Shown one piece after another: positions 33,458-43,454 of a stretch of DNA of 64,000 bases. Both the position numbers and the translations under genes were made by a program. Position 1 is the first letter of the stretch; every line of letters begins with the position of its first letter. A model generated the notes under the pieces. That model was not told the origin of the DNA, searched no databases, and saw only the letters and a program-made list of their open reading frames with translations. The stretch spans positions 62,001 to 126,000 of IMG/VR virus record IMGVR_UViG_3300046543_000266. The stretch is one strand, 5' to 3'.

Positions 33458-33497
33458 AAAAGCAAAGGGCCGTATCCCATTACAGAATACGGCCCTT
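33458..33497 (-). terminator. Intrinsic terminator (minus strand)
   Basis: AAGGGCCGTAT / ATACGGCCCTT followed by TGCTTTT on the minus strand. Confidence 0.75.
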
Positions 33498-33506
33498 CGA
33501 TTGTGA

Positions 33507-33749
33507 CTAACACGGTTCAACGAGCGGCATCCTCGACAGTCTGCCACTATCCCGCTGAAGTAGGTTCGGTTCCTTTTGGGTGACGCCGGTGCAAGCTCGG
33601 TGCAACGCCATCTCCATCGTATCACCATCCCCACTTCCCAACACGATCGAACGATTGGGGCCAGTGTCACGAACGATCTGCGCCGTGAAGTAGGTTCCCA
33701 TGTCGTACATGTCCAGCCTGAAGCTGTTCACCATTTCTGCTGCCACCAT
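33507..33749 (-). CDS. hypothetical protein
   Basis: AGGAGG RBS. Confidence 0.65.
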   Translation of the reverse strand: MVAAEMVNSFRLDMYDMGTYFTAQIVRDTGPNRSIVLGSGDGDTMEMALHRACTGVTQKEPNLLQRDSGRLSRMPLVEPC

Positions 33750-33758
33750 AGCCTCCTG

Positions 33759-35288
33759 TTAGAATTCTACTTTTGCGACCTTGTCCTTGTTGGCGAAGTA
33801 ACCCTTCAACACTTCTGAGTCACGCTCACTTATCACCGGCCGGAACTTGGGGCTGACGCATTGGAAGTACTCGTTACGCAAACAGTTACGACGCACGTTC
33901 ATGTCGTCGAGGAAGAAGCGTAGCACTGGCGTCGGCTTGTCATCCCACGGTGTCAGGATACGAGAGGTACGCTGTTCACAGTTCTCCATGTTGGAGCTCA
34001 TGGTCACATCGTACAGCGCACTCGCCCGCGGGATGTTGGTGCCGGTACTCAGCAGCTTGATGTTGCCGACCAGAATCTTGGCCTTGTACTTCCGGGCCCA
34101 CTCGATGTAGTCGTCACGTTGCTGCTTCTTCAAGCCGCCGTAGAACGGATACGCCAGTGTTTCACCGGCCAGCTTGTTGATAGCCAGTACCAACGCCTTG
34201 ATAGGTGTGATCTGTGAGAAGGGTATGAGAACCATGTGACCGGCCTTCGCATCCTTGATCGCCCACTGCGCAATCAGCTTCAAGCGCTTCGGATCCTTCT
34301 CCAGACTCGACACCATCCGAACCCAAGGCACCTGTCCCTTGTAGTTCTGGACATACGCAGTACGGACCAATCGTACATGCGGACGCAAGCGCTCCACCTT
34401 GATGTCGGCTACCAACGGACCGATGAGGTTGCGCATCAGGATGTATCGACCATCCTTACGTGACGGCGTACCTGACAGGCCAATCTTGTAGCGACAATTG
34501 ATGTTGCTGATAACCGTCGCGTACTTTGGGGCCGCACCAGTGTGCACTTCATCGATGAAGATGCACTCGAACATGTCCCGCACTTTGCGCAACAGCTTCT
34601 GGCCGTTCTCAGACCAGAACGTCTGGGTAGTGACCAAGCAGATGTCGTACTTCAGGAAGTCCGCGTACGTCTTGGCGATACCGATCTGGTCCGGACGACA
34701 GTTGGTCAGTGCCGTCTGCGTGGGACTACCGACGAACGTTTCCTTGAAGCCCAATAGCCACTCACGCTGCGACGCCATGATCATGGTCTTCCGACCAATC
34801 TTGCAAATGGCGGCACTCGCCATCACCGTCTTACCACTTCGCGGAGGCGCACGCAGCACGCCGCGCTGCTTCTCGATGATGGCGCTGACCGCAGCAGGTT
34901 GATAATCCTTCAGAGTGCCTGTGAACTTGATAGGCCGCTTGAACTTCTTAACCGGGAACCGATCCTTGATGCGGTACTCGATGTCGTGGTTGTCCAACAC
35001 CTTGAGCAAGCCTGACTCGTCGCCGATCGGTGTCTTGATGTAAGTGTTGTCGCCGACCTTTACGTTGGAAGCCAGTTCAGCCCCGCCCTTGAACGCCGCG
35101 CAGTTATCACACACGCCTTCCACGAGACCCGTCGGACTAGCCTTCTTCTCGTCGTTGAACTCACACTTACCGCACGCCTTGTCCTCGAAGAAGAGGAACT
35201 TGTACTTGTTCAGCAGTCCCTTGCGCAGCTTGATTGGAAGGCTATCCTTCCGTATATAAAACGCTTCACGCGCATTGATAGTTATCAT
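33759..35288 (-). CDS. SF2 DNA helicase (UvsW/XPB-like) with N-terminal Cys pairs
   Basis: APPRSGKT, IDEVH, GLSGTP.RKDG, LLSTGTNIP, EQRTSR; CGKC...CDNC. Confidence 0.88.
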   Translation of the reverse strand: MITINAREAFYIRKDSLPIKLRKGLLNKYKFLFFEDKACGKCEFNDEKKASPTGLVEGVCDNCAAFKGGAELASNVKVGDNTYIKTPIGDESGLLKVLDNHDIEYRIKDRFPVKKFKRPIKFTGTLKDYQPAAVSAIIEKQRGVLRAPPRSGKTVMASAAICKIGRKTMIMASQREWLLGFKETFVGSPTQTALTNCRPDQIGIAKTYADFLKYDICLVTTQTFWSENGQKLLRKVRDMFECIFIDEVHTGAAPKYATVISNINCRYKIGLSGTPSRKDGRYILMRNLIGPLVADIKVERLRPHVRLVRTAYVQNYKGQVPWVRMVSSLEKDPKRLKLIAQWAIKDAKAGHMVLIPFSQITPIKALVLAINKLAGETLAYPFYGGLKKQQRDDYIEWARKYKAKILVGNIKLLSTGTNIPRASALYDVTMSSNMENCEQRTSRILTPWDDKPTPVLRFFLDDMNVRRNCLRNEYFQCVSPKFRPVISERDSEVLKGYFANKDKVAKVEF

Positions 35289-35743
35289 TTCTGGTTGATC
35301 GTCAGCGTTAGGTCGGTCGCCGCTGCCAGTTGCTTGATACCCTGGATGTTCATACCGGCGAAGCGAACCTTATTTACGCCACCCTCCGTGATGGTACTGG
35401 CTTCTACAACGAAATCCATGGTGGCGATCAGCTCGCCGATCAGACCGGCGGATACTATCCCGGCGTTCAGCGACAGGGCAAACACCAGCGCGTCCGTATC
35501 GTGCAGAGCGACCGGAGCCTTGTTGAATTGCTTCGAGACTGCGGCGATGAAGTTGAGCACCGCTGTGAACGTATCAGGCAGCGCCAGATTGTCGTTCAGG
35601 CCCATCTGAATGTTCTTCGAGACGTTGGGTGCGAACATCACGTTGCACACCGGCTTCAGAGTATCAGTGTTGAACAACAGCAGATACTTGGCATCCGACT
35701 TGGTGACTGATAGCGCGGGGCCGCTGAGGATTACGGAATTCAT
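35285..35743 (-). CDS. hypothetical protein
   Basis: ATGA-coupled in operon. Confidence 0.65.
   Translation of the reverse strand: MNSVILSGPALSVTKSDAKYLLLFNTDTLKPVCNVMFAPNVSKNIQMGLNDNLALPDTFTAVLNFIAAVSKQFNKAPVALHDTDALVFALSLNAGIVSAGLIGELIATMDFVVEASTITEGGVNKVRFAGMNIQGIKQLAAATDLTLTINQK
35370..35377 (-). promoter_or_regulatory. GTAAATAA promoter motif (intragenic)
   Basis: About 80 nt upstream of the SF2 helicase start. Confidence 0.4.
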
Positions 35744-36198
35744 TGTGCTTCCTTATCAAGTTTATGAGTCACGTCCACGGCCGTGATCCGGGTTATGCTG
35801 TGCTCTTTGGAATTGCCGAACCGATCGATACGCTCCACTACACCCTCAGCGTTATACGCCTTCACGTCGACGTTGACCACCCCAATGAAGCCCTGGAAGC
35901 CTTGCCCGAATACCTCGATCCGCATCTTACCGTCGGGGTGGTTCTCGAGGAAGTACGGACACGCGAACGACATCAGGTAGGCAGCGTGCCGGTACACGCG
36001 ATGATCGGTCGTCTGTGCGATGAGCAACGACAACTGACCTGTTGGTGGCACGCTCTGCAACACGACTGCCGAGCCAACGAACGAGATCTCTTCCCGATTG
36101 CCGAGCTTGGTTTCGTAGACACTGTATTTCCACAGGCCGTGGATGGCTTTGTCATTCGTGCTGTGGAAGTATTCGTAGAAGTCGTGTAGCGAATGCAT
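35740..36198 (-). CDS. hypothetical protein
   Basis: Operon packing. Confidence 0.65.
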   Translation of the reverse strand: MHSLHDFYEYFHSTNDKAIHGLWKYSVYETKLGNREEISFVGSAVVLQSVPPTGQLSLLIAQTTDHRVYRHAAYLMSFACPYFLENHPDGKMRIEVFGQGFQGFIGVVNVDVKAYNAEGVVERIDRFGNSKEHSITRITAVDVTHKLDKEAQ

Positions 36199-36204
36199 GA
36201 TTGG

Positions 36205-36582
36205 TTATACCTCGATGATGGGTGCATCAAACGCGTTCAGACTGGCCGTCTTCAGCGTACACTTCAAGACTTCGCGAGTCTCAGTGTACTTCCCGACCTT
36301 GCTTCGTGCGACTTCCCACACCGCCATCAGGTGAGTGCGGTTTTGCAGGAGAGTGGGTGTGAGCAGCGCCCCCAGATAACAGGCAACATCAACCCGGTCT
36401 TTGCGCACCTGAAGATGTGCGACCGGCACGAACCCGCGATGTTCGATCAACGCATCCAGGACAAGCTTCGCCCGGTCAGCGCCCATGAGCAGCGGAATTC
36501 CGACCGGCGAATCCGTGAACGGCGCACCGTTGTACTGGTCCGCTGCGGTTTCAATCATTCTGGCGAGTTCGGCGCTTGTCAT
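36205..36582 (-). CDS. hypothetical protein
   Basis: Operon packing; GGGGA RBS. Confidence 0.65.
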   Translation of the reverse strand: MTSAELARMIETAADQYNGAPFTDSPVGIPLLMGADRAKLVLDALIEHRGFVPVAHLQVRKDRVDVACYLGALLTPTLLQNRTHLMAVWEVARSKVGKYTETREVLKCTLKTASLNAFDAPIIEV

Positions 36583-36592
36583 ACTGTGTCCC

Positions 36593-37156
36593 CTAGAGTA
36601 CGCGGCCCTTCGAGCCGTCGAGTAGTTTCAACGATTCCATCATGTTTCTGAGGGAGTGCCCGGCCTGATCGATATCCTTGATGATATGGTCGAGCATCTC
36701 CAACAGTTCCTTTCCTTCTTGCGCCAGATCCCGAGCACTACCCTGCACCCGCTGAACCAACGCATTACGCTGCGACTCGTTGCTGTACTTCCGAATCTCG
36801 TCGTTGTACGTCGTGACCATGTGACGCTTCATGGCGTCCATCGCCTCGTCGAGCAAGCCTAGATGATAACTGGCCTTCACTCGGATCTCTACCAAGCGCG
36901 CACGCGCCGACAGATCCTTCAGTGAAGCATCCATCAGAGCTTTCGGGCTGTACTGCGCTTTGCCGTGCAGAGTACGGGACGTACGCGACGCGTGCAACGC
37001 AAACGCCTCGTTACGGTCTGCATCTAGGTTCAAGCGTGACTGGGTGTTCTGAACGATGTTGCGGAACTTCTTGTACTTCGGGTCTACCTTGACGTCGTTG
37101 AGCAGACCACGCAAGTCCACTTCGTCATCGTCGTCTCTACGTCGGCGAGTCGCCAT
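36593..37156 (-). CDS. helical protein, possibly UvsY-like recombination mediator
   Basis: Long amphipathic helices; near UvsW-like helicase; function is positional inference only. Confidence 0.3.
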   Translation of the reverse strand: MATRRRRDDDDEVDLRGLLNDVKVDPKYKKFRNIVQNTQSRLNLDADRNEAFALHASRTSRTLHGKAQYSPKALMDASLKDLSARARLVEIRVKASYHLGLLDEAMDAMKRHMVTTYNDEIRKYSNESQRNALVQRVQGSARDLAQEGKELLEMLDHIIKDIDQAGHSLRNMMESLKLLDGSKGRVL

Positions 37157-37186
37157 GTTATTGTTCCTGGGAAGGGTTCACTTAAA

Positions 37187-37618
37187 CTATTGTTCTTCGA
37201 AGATTGTGCGCACGTCGTCACCGACTACCGGGCACACTGCCAGCGTGCCGCGATTGGTGTAGTGGTAGACGACGAGGTCAGGGGTCTTCAACAGCACTTC
37301 CACGTTAGATGCCTTGCCGACACCCCGGTTCATGTACGTGGCAAGGAAGCCACCACTATTTACCACGTGGAACTGCGACTCGAAGTAGAACCCGACCTTC
37401 GCGCCATTCAATACCAGCCAGTGCATCTGGAACATACACGAGACTGGGATGCGCTCGCCAACCGTAATCACCGCACCCTTCGCAATCTTCGTGAGGAACA
37501 ACGCGTGCCCCTCGTCGAGAGTGTAGAACAGGTGCGGTTCAGCATCCAAGGTAACTTGCAGATACTGCGACTCGATCGTAGAGTTGGGATTCACACGGGA
37601 GTCGAATAGGTTTGTCAT
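37187..37618 (-). CDS. hypothetical protein
   Basis: Start MTNLF overlaps clamp stop (ATGA). Confidence 0.6.
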   Translation of the reverse strand: MTNLFDSRVNPNSTIESQYLQVTLDAEPHLFYTLDEGHALFLTKIAKGAVITVGERIPVSCMFQMHWLVLNGAKVGFYFESQFHVVNSGGFLATYMNRGVGKASNVEVLLKTPDLVVYHYTNRGTLAVCPVVGDDVRTIFEEQ

Positions 37619-38706
37619 TCGCTGGCCCCTTCGTCCTGATTCAGCGCTACCAGCAGACTGGTTCCCTTGGTCTTGAACATCAGGAACGAATCGGCCACTA
37701 GCTTCATCAGCACTTGATCGCCACACTTGCGAACAGCTTCATCGAAGAACTCGTAGTCGATCTTGAACTTCACTGCCTTCTTGATCGAGCACTTCATGTA
37801 CGTCTTGACGATACCGTTGGTGGTCGCCACTTCGAACCGTACCTTGCCCGGCTCTGTTACCACCGACAGTTCCGGCCTCTCCTTGGTTGCCACACTGCGG
37901 CAGTTGTCCAGGAACGCCGACACGTCCTTCTTGTCGAGCTCGATCGCCAGACCATCCGCACGGGATGCTTCCTTGGCTTTCTCCAGCACCAGATCCGGCG
38001 ACAGTGCCGCATCATCGTTGACTTCGGGAAGCGCCAGCGATACGTTGACCAGCTTGTTCTTGACGATAAGCGAGCTGTTCGTCACCGTCATCGTACATGC
38101 CAACTTGTTGAACGTATCCAACACTGCAGTCAGCGTTTCGATCGGCAGCGTGAGCTCCATATCACCGTTCACCTCCTTGGAGTTGATGAACGCCATGTGC
38201 TGTTGGTCATAACAAGCAACAAAAGCTGACTTAGAAGTCAGCTTCACCGAGACCGGCATGAACGTCGTGATGTTCTGCGTGGGCTTCAGAGCCACGGCTG
38301 CGACTGCCGACTTCAGCCATTGCAACTGATCCACGGTAAGGTCCCACGACTGACCTTTGGCTTCTTCGGCCGCGTCCGACTCTTCGACCTGCAACGCGTC
38401 CACTGTCGTCAGGCTGGCCTTGTAGCGACCGCCTTTCATATTGAGCATCGTCTTGTCGTATGCCATCTCCAGCGAGGCGTGCCCCTTGGAGGCAGCCGCC
38501 AGACTGTCGGTCGGAATGGCGAACAGGGCTTTTCCGGTAACGGCACACGGGATAAGCACCGAGCAGCGGGACAACTCGGCTGCTGAGTGCAGATGCAGGT
38601 TCTTCCCGTCCGAGTGCAGCGTCACGTTGCCGGTGACCGGCGGGCTCAGGCGCAGCGATACCCGGATAGCTTCCTGCAGGATTTCTGTATCGATGGTTGC
38701 GTTCAT
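37615..38706 (-). CDS. dnaN: sliding clamp, DNA Pol III beta-like
   Basis: 363 aa (beta-clamp size), three-domain alpha/beta pattern (IDTEILQEAIR...; LTVDQLQWLKS...; LDKKDVSAFLDN...), DnaX-like loader in same block. Confidence 0.6.
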   Translation of the reverse strand: MNATIDTEILQEAIRVSLRLSPPVTGNVTLHSDGKNLHLHSAAELSRCSVLIPCAVTGKALFAIPTDSLAAASKGHASLEMAYDKTMLNMKGGRYKASLTTVDALQVEESDAAEEAKGQSWDLTVDQLQWLKSAVAAVALKPTQNITTFMPVSVKLTSKSAFVACYDQQHMAFINSKEVNGDMELTLPIETLTAVLDTFNKLACTMTVTNSSLIVKNKLVNVSLALPEVNDDAALSPDLVLEKAKEASRADGLAIELDKKDVSAFLDNCRSVATKERPELSVVTEPGKVRFEVATTNGIVKTYMKCSIKKAVKFKIDYEFFDEAVRKCGDQVLMKLVADSFLMFKTKGTSLLVALNQDEGASE

Positions 38707-38733
38707 AGTTGATTGGGAAGGGTGTGGGTATGC

Positions 38734-38741
38734 TTATTTAC
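38734..38741 (-). promoter_or_regulatory. GTAAATAA promoter motif
   Basis: About 28 nt upstream of clamp ATG. Confidence 0.6.
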
Positions 38742-38760
38742 GCAGACTGCGCGCGCCGTC

Positions 38761-39594
38761 TTATACGACGGTCAGGGTAAGCACCGCAGGGGTGGACTGG
38801 CCGAGGTTGTCGGACACCGAGAAGTTGAAGGTGTAAGTTCCAGCAGTCGGATCAGCCAAGCGCAGGACGCGAACCGTGTTGAACATCACGCCGCCGCCCG
38901 GAACGATGACCTGACCGCCGTCACCCTGAAGCACGCTTGCTTTGAAGACACCACCGGCCGGGTTGGACACAGTTGCCAGCGACAGCGGAACCACGCCGTT
39001 GCCGTATGCCTTCGGATCTGCTTGAACGCTTGCCGCGAACAGCGTATCCCAGCGGAAGTCGAAGAACGAGCAGTCTTCAGCGAACGACTGCAGATTCATG
39101 GTACATGCCCACGTCAGCGTCTTCGGCGTGCTGACTGTCGGAGGATTCTGACTCGGCATTGCCGCCCCGGTGTTGAAGTTCGCCATGCCGACCGTCATCG
39201 AATCAAGGAACACGCCCTTGGCGAAGTGACGGAACCACCCGTTGACAGGCATCGACCACCATGCGTAATGGCCGATGTCGTTGGGGTTCTCCACCGAGAC
39301 CAATTCCGCGTAACCGCGCCACGGAGCTTGACTGGCGGTCGATTGCGGGAACACCGCAGCCATGAACTGCTGGACGCGCTGTTCACCGTAGACGTTGGTG
39401 GAAACCTTCGGAGGCAACGTCACACTCTGGATGGCAACCGAACCGCTTGCCAATGCGAACGTCGTTTCTGCACCCGTGAAGGTGGTGGACGCGATCGGGA
39501 AGAATCCGTACACGCGACCACTCGGGGTCATGACCGGCAGAAGCGTCTGCTTGGACGGGGCAACAAGTGCCAGTCCGTATTGATTGCTACTCAT
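38761..39594 (-). CDS. putative virion structural protein with C-terminal Ig-like segment
   Basis: Ends AGTYTFNFSVSDNLGQSTPAVLTLTVV; AGGAG RBS; downstream of late-type motif. Confidence 0.55.
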   Translation of the reverse strand: MSSNQYGLALVAPSKQTLLPVMTPSGRVYGFFPIASTTFTGAETTFALASGSVAIQSVTLPPKVSTNVYGEQRVQQFMAAVFPQSTASQAPWRGYAELVSVENPNDIGHYAWWSMPVNGWFRHFAKGVFLDSMTVGMANFNTGAAMPSQNPPTVSTPKTLTWACTMNLQSFAEDCSFFDFRWDTLFAASVQADPKAYGNGVVPLSLATVSNPAGGVFKASVLQGDGGQVIVPGGGVMFNTVRVLRLADPTAGTYTFNFSVSDNLGQSTPAVLTLTVV

Positions 39595-39607
39595 GGAAAC
39601 TCCTTAG

Positions 39608-39991
39608 TTATGCGGATACCGTGGTGTCCACGTTCGAGACCTTCGCGTAGGCCAGTTCCGTACCCATGCAGGTGATGCCACAGACACATGAACCATCCGT
39701 CGGATCGACCGCGGCGATTACGTTTTGGTTGGGGAAATCGTCAGTACCTACAGGCTCCCGCCAGCAGACGCGCACTTCGTTGAGCGTTGCACTGTCCAGG
39801 TGAACTGCGGCTTGATCAGCGCTGAACGGCGTGAAGTCGAAGCTCGCGGGGATGCTGTGCACCGTGATCGTCTTGGCGCTCTGAACCGGAACGAACGCGT
39901 TGTCCGATAAGATCAGTGCTTCTTTGTCCACGTCGATGACTTGTTGGGTGCCGTTGGGGGAGGGTACAAGATACAGACGGATGAAGGCCAT
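39608..39991 (-). CDS. hypothetical (probably virion) protein
   Basis: First gene after the minus-strand AATTTTA motif. Confidence 0.6.
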   Translation of the reverse strand: MAFIRLYLVPSPNGTQQVIDVDKEALILSDNAFVPVQSAKTITVHSIPASFDFTPFSADQAAVHLDSATLNEVRVCWREPVGTDDFPNQNVIAAVDPTDGSCVCGITCMGTELAYAKVSNVDTTVSA

Positions 39992-40070
39992 TTGCTAAAA
40001 CCTCTGATGAGTGTTTTGTTGATTTGTGATTCCGGTTTGGTCTACTCGCTGATGTAGCAGTCCAGCCGGG

Positions 40071-40077
40071 TAAAATT
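40071..40077 (-). promoter_or_regulatory. AATTTTA late-type promoter motif (minus strand)
   Basis: TAAAATT on + strand, in the gap upstream of 39991. Confidence 0.55.
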
Positions 40078-40082
40078 GCCAA

Positions 40083-40805
40083 TTAGGCTTTTGATTTCTC
40101 GAAGGAACGCAGCACATACAAGATTTCAAACTGCTCAAATCCAGTTTCATGCGCGACGATTTCGACGTTATCGCGACGCGCACGACCCACGGCTTCCCGC
40201 AGTTCCCGAGCCTTTTCGCTGTCCATCAACGTCAGTAGCTGGTCCAGCTTGTGCGACGACTTCAGTTTGCGCTTCAAGGCCGTGATGCTGACGCTACCCG
40301 CCAGATAGGCCACGCACATCAGGTTGACTTCCTTGCGCAGATTGTACGGGGTGATGCGGTACATGGCCGACTGCACATGATTAAAGAACGACGGCTTGGT
40401 TGCGATGTTGACGTAGTCCTCGATAGTCGGCTCGTTGACAACGATCTGCCAGTCGTGAGTAAGTGAGTTCGCGGCGATCAGCGCTTGCTTGACTGCCGCG
40501 GTGACCTCCATCAATCCACGATGCTCCGGCCACAGTACCTGACTGATGTTGGACGTGGACAGCGCGGCTCGTGCGTCACACACGAAGTACACTGCTCGGC
40601 CCATGTCCACCCGCACCTTCGGGACGTTGCGTACCCGATCGACAATGATCGGCCACACAGGTTGTTCTTTGCACAGACCGTTCACTGTCATGTGCAGGGT
40701 TCGAACCAAACCACCCACTAGTGAGTGGCTCATGTTCAGGCTTTTCAGGACGGTCGACAGTTGATGCGGCGAGACGTCGACCAGCCCGTATGAGGCTAAG
40801 ATCAT
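40083..40805 (-). CDS. hypothetical protein (possible clamp-loader accessory subunit)
   Basis: 240-aa ORF in replication block; function unsupported beyond context. Confidence 0.5.
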   Translation of the reverse strand: MILASYGLVDVSPHQLSTVLKSLNMSHSLVGGLVRTLHMTVNGLCKEQPVWPIIVDRVRNVPKVRVDMGRAVYFVCDARAALSTSNISQVLWPEHRGLMEVTAAVKQALIAANSLTHDWQIVVNEPTIEDYVNIATKPSFFNHVQSAMYRITPYNLRKEVNLMCVAYLAGSVSITALKRKLKSSHKLDQLLTLMDSEKARELREAVGRARRDNVEIVAHETGFEQFEILYVLRSFEKSKA

Positions 40806-40838
40806 TGATGGGTTCCTCGGGTAAGATGTAGTTATCTG

Positions 40839-43094
40839 TTATTTGACTTGGTGCGGGAAGCCTTCAACAATAGAGGCCACCCCTTGATTCTTCACAACAG
40901 TGAACGGCTTGGCACCTTCGTAGATTTCGTCGCTCTTCGGAGTAACGATGATCACTGACGGGATAAGCGCGTTCAGTACCGGCAGCAGGTCCTGGAAGGA
41001 CTGCGTCATTTCCTTCGAGAGGTTAGCGGTAGGTTCGTCGAGTATCAGCATGGAACAACGCTTGTGACTCGGAACGAACGCGAGAAGCGCCAACACCAGC
41101 ACGATGGTAAACAGCTTCGACTCGGCGCCCGACAGCTTGCGTACATCCGAAGTCAGCGTCTTCTTACCGTATCGACGATGGACCATCAACGATACCTGCG
41201 TGCCCCATTCGAACTCGAAGCGGTACGTCTCGGGGAAAACTTGTGACGAATACTTGTTGACGAGTGCCATCAAGCGCTGGCTGATTGCTTCCACCGCCAT
41301 CTTCTTGATGTTCTTGTCCTGATACCCCTGCACCAACAGACGCAGCGGTTCTTCGTCGCGGAGCTCACGCTTCATCTCAACCAGACGATCACGCATCTCG
41401 GTAACACGCACGCTGATGGTCTGATGCACTTCCAGCTTGGCACTGACCTTCGACAACCGTTCCTGAATCGTGTTCATCTTCGATGACAAACCACTGGCGT
41501 TCTTGGCCTTGAGCTTGTCAGCCTTCGTCAGCTGCAGATACTCCAGAATGGTTTCGACGTGCGGACGCATTGCCTCTAGCATAGCCCTACGTTCATACAG
41601 TTCTTCGAGCATCCGCTTGAGCACCACCGTCTGTAGCTTCTTGCCCTCGAACTTCTTGGGCTTCTTCGGCAGATCCTGAAGTTCTTCGTCGATGGCTACC
41701 CACGGCTGCACGTTGGACAGTTCGGCAGTGAGCTTCGTGATCTCGGCGTCGGCGGCTTCCAGCTTGACTCGCAGCTTCTTCTGCTCACCACGCGCGGCTT
41801 TGTACTCGGCATACGCTCGATGTTGCTTGGCCTGTGCCGTCAGCTTCTTGACTCGCGCTTGCAACACCTTCGGATCTTTGATCTGCACGACTTGCCCGCA
41901 CGTCTCGCACTTACCTTCCGCGAACTGTTCGGCGTGTTCCAGCTGATGCTTGTAGGCGCGCAACGCCGTCAACACATCCTCTTCTTCGCCAGAAGGCATA
42001 TCTACCTTCTCGACCTCGATGTCCTTGAGCTGATCGTTCAGCAAGTCCCGATCACCCTTCAGCTCCGCCAGCTCATTCTTGATGCGACGCGCTTCCCTAG
42101 CTTCCGTGGTGGCCGTGCTACGAGCAGCGGACAATCCATGTTCGGTTACGGCCTCGCGCGTTGACGCACTCAGCTTCTTGGTAGCCTCGATGTATGCTGC
42201 GTTGTCCTTCTGATAACGATCCCACGCTTCGGAATCTTCAAGATCAGCCTTGACCTTGTTGAGTTCCCACGTGTTGTCCTTGACGGCACGCTCGAACTCT
42301 TCCTGCGTGATGGTTCCACCCAGAGCCTTCGCCAGTTCCGCGATCTGCGGTGCAGCACTGGTAGCATACTGGACGAGGCGTATCGTGTCCTGTACCGCCT
42401 GGAACTCGTCTTGCAGTTGCGACAGCTGGAGCTTGTAGCCCTTCGCCTTCTTGCGCATGACTGCGAAGGTTTCGTCGTCGAGCAGATCTTCCTTGCTCTT
42501 GTTGTACTGCGCACGCAACTCGTTGAACGCCGCCTTGATCTTCGACAGCTTGGACAGCGCGGCAGCAAACAGCTTGCGCTCCGTATCCATCTTGTCCAGA
42601 CCGAAGAACGAAGTGAAGAAGCGCTTGCGTTCAGCACTCGACCCCATGACAAGCGGGTGGGGAACCCGGCTGTCGATGTGGACGTAGGTGTTATACTCTT
42701 CTTGCGAGATGGGGAATGATTTGCGCAGATAGGCCCGAGCGAACGTCGGGGTACGCAATTGCTTGTCCTTGCCGTTGACCTTGATGGCGATCTTCTCGGT
42801 CTTGCCGCGCATCGACCGATTGACCACTACCTTGTGACCGTAGGCATTCGTGTAAGACAGCGCGCGAGTGCCTTGCTTCAGACGGTCGGCCTTCTCACCG
42901 ACGATAGGTTCGTCGTAGAGGATCTCCGCAGGTTGGCTTGTCAGCAGCGACTTGCCAACTGCGTTGGAGTTCTTCGAAGCCTTTCCACCTGCGCGATTCA
43001 GCCCGTACACCACGCTGACACCCTTCGGGATTTTGAAGACTACGTTTTCGAAAGGACCTACATCCTTAAGAGCGATGGCGTGAATGATGTTCAT
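40839..43094 (-). CDS. sbcC: SbcC/Rad50/gp46-like SMC ATPase
   Basis: GLN...NAVGKS Walker A, coiled coil with CETCG hook, LSGAE signature, ILDEP. Confidence 0.88.
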   Translation of the reverse strand: MNIIHAIALKDVGPFENVVFKIPKGVSVVYGLNRAGGKASKNSNAVGKSLLTSQPAEILYDEPIVGEKADRLKQGTRALSYTNAYGHKVVVNRSMRGKTEKIAIKVNGKDKQLRTPTFARAYLRKSFPISQEEYNTYVHIDSRVPHPLVMGSSAERKRFFTSFFGLDKMDTERKLFAAALSKLSKIKAAFNELRAQYNKSKEDLLDDETFAVMRKKAKGYKLQLSQLQDEFQAVQDTIRLVQYATSAAPQIAELAKALGGTITQEEFERAVKDNTWELNKVKADLEDSEAWDRYQKDNAAYIEATKKLSASTREAVTEHGLSAARSTATTEAREARRIKNELAELKGDRDLLNDQLKDIEVEKVDMPSGEEEDVLTALRAYKHQLEHAEQFAEGKCETCGQVVQIKDPKVLQARVKKLTAQAKQHRAYAEYKAARGEQKKLRVKLEAADAEITKLTAELSNVQPWVAIDEELQDLPKKPKKFEGKKLQTVVLKRMLEELYERRAMLEAMRPHVETILEYLQLTKADKLKAKNASGLSSKMNTIQERLSKVSAKLEVHQTISVRVTEMRDRLVEMKRELRDEEPLRLLVQGYQDKNIKKMAVEAISQRLMALVNKYSSQVFPETYRFEFEWGTQVSLMVHRRYGKKTLTSDVRKLSGAESKLFTIVLVLALLAFVPSHKRCSMLILDEPTANLSKEMTQSFQDLLPVLNALIPSVIIVTPKSDEIYEGAKPFTVVKNQGVASIVEGFPHQVK

Positions 43095-43127
43095 GGCTGA
43101 GTGCTGAAGGGTTAGTTGCTGACACTG

Positions 43128-43135
43128 CTATTTAC
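43128..43135 (-). promoter_or_regulatory. GTAAATAG promoter motif
   Basis: About 34 nt upstream of SbcC-like ATG. Confidence 0.6.
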
Positions 43136-43178
43136 TTGCTGACGCAGAGCGTGGCGCTCGTGGATGTTGTCCACCAGA

Positions 43179-43454
43179 CTAGCTCCAGTTGAGCAACAAG
43201 CGATCCCACCAGTTCAGCGGCTTGACTGCCATGATGATGTGCCACTCCTTCATACCATAGCTATCATCAGCCAGGATATACGTGACTTTGACCGCCACGC
43301 TGCGTCCCGTGTAGTTGGTGCCGTTCCACTCGTTGAGGATTAGAACGTCACCGACTTGGTAGTCGCGGTCGTTCTTGCGAATCTCGAACGACTTGATCCC
43401 GTCGAGGGACGGGCCGAACACTTCCTGCGCTTGTTTCAAGTGATGTGTTATCAC
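43179..43454 (-). CDS. ASCH/PUA-like (DUF3850-type) protein
   Basis: GIKSFEIRKNDRDYQVGDVLILNEW...YTGR. Confidence 0.8.
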   Translation of the reverse strand: MITHHLKQAQEVFGPSLDGIKSFEIRKNDRDYQVGDVLILNEWNGTNYTGRSVAVKVTYILADDSYGMKEWHIIMAVKPLNWWDRLLLNWS

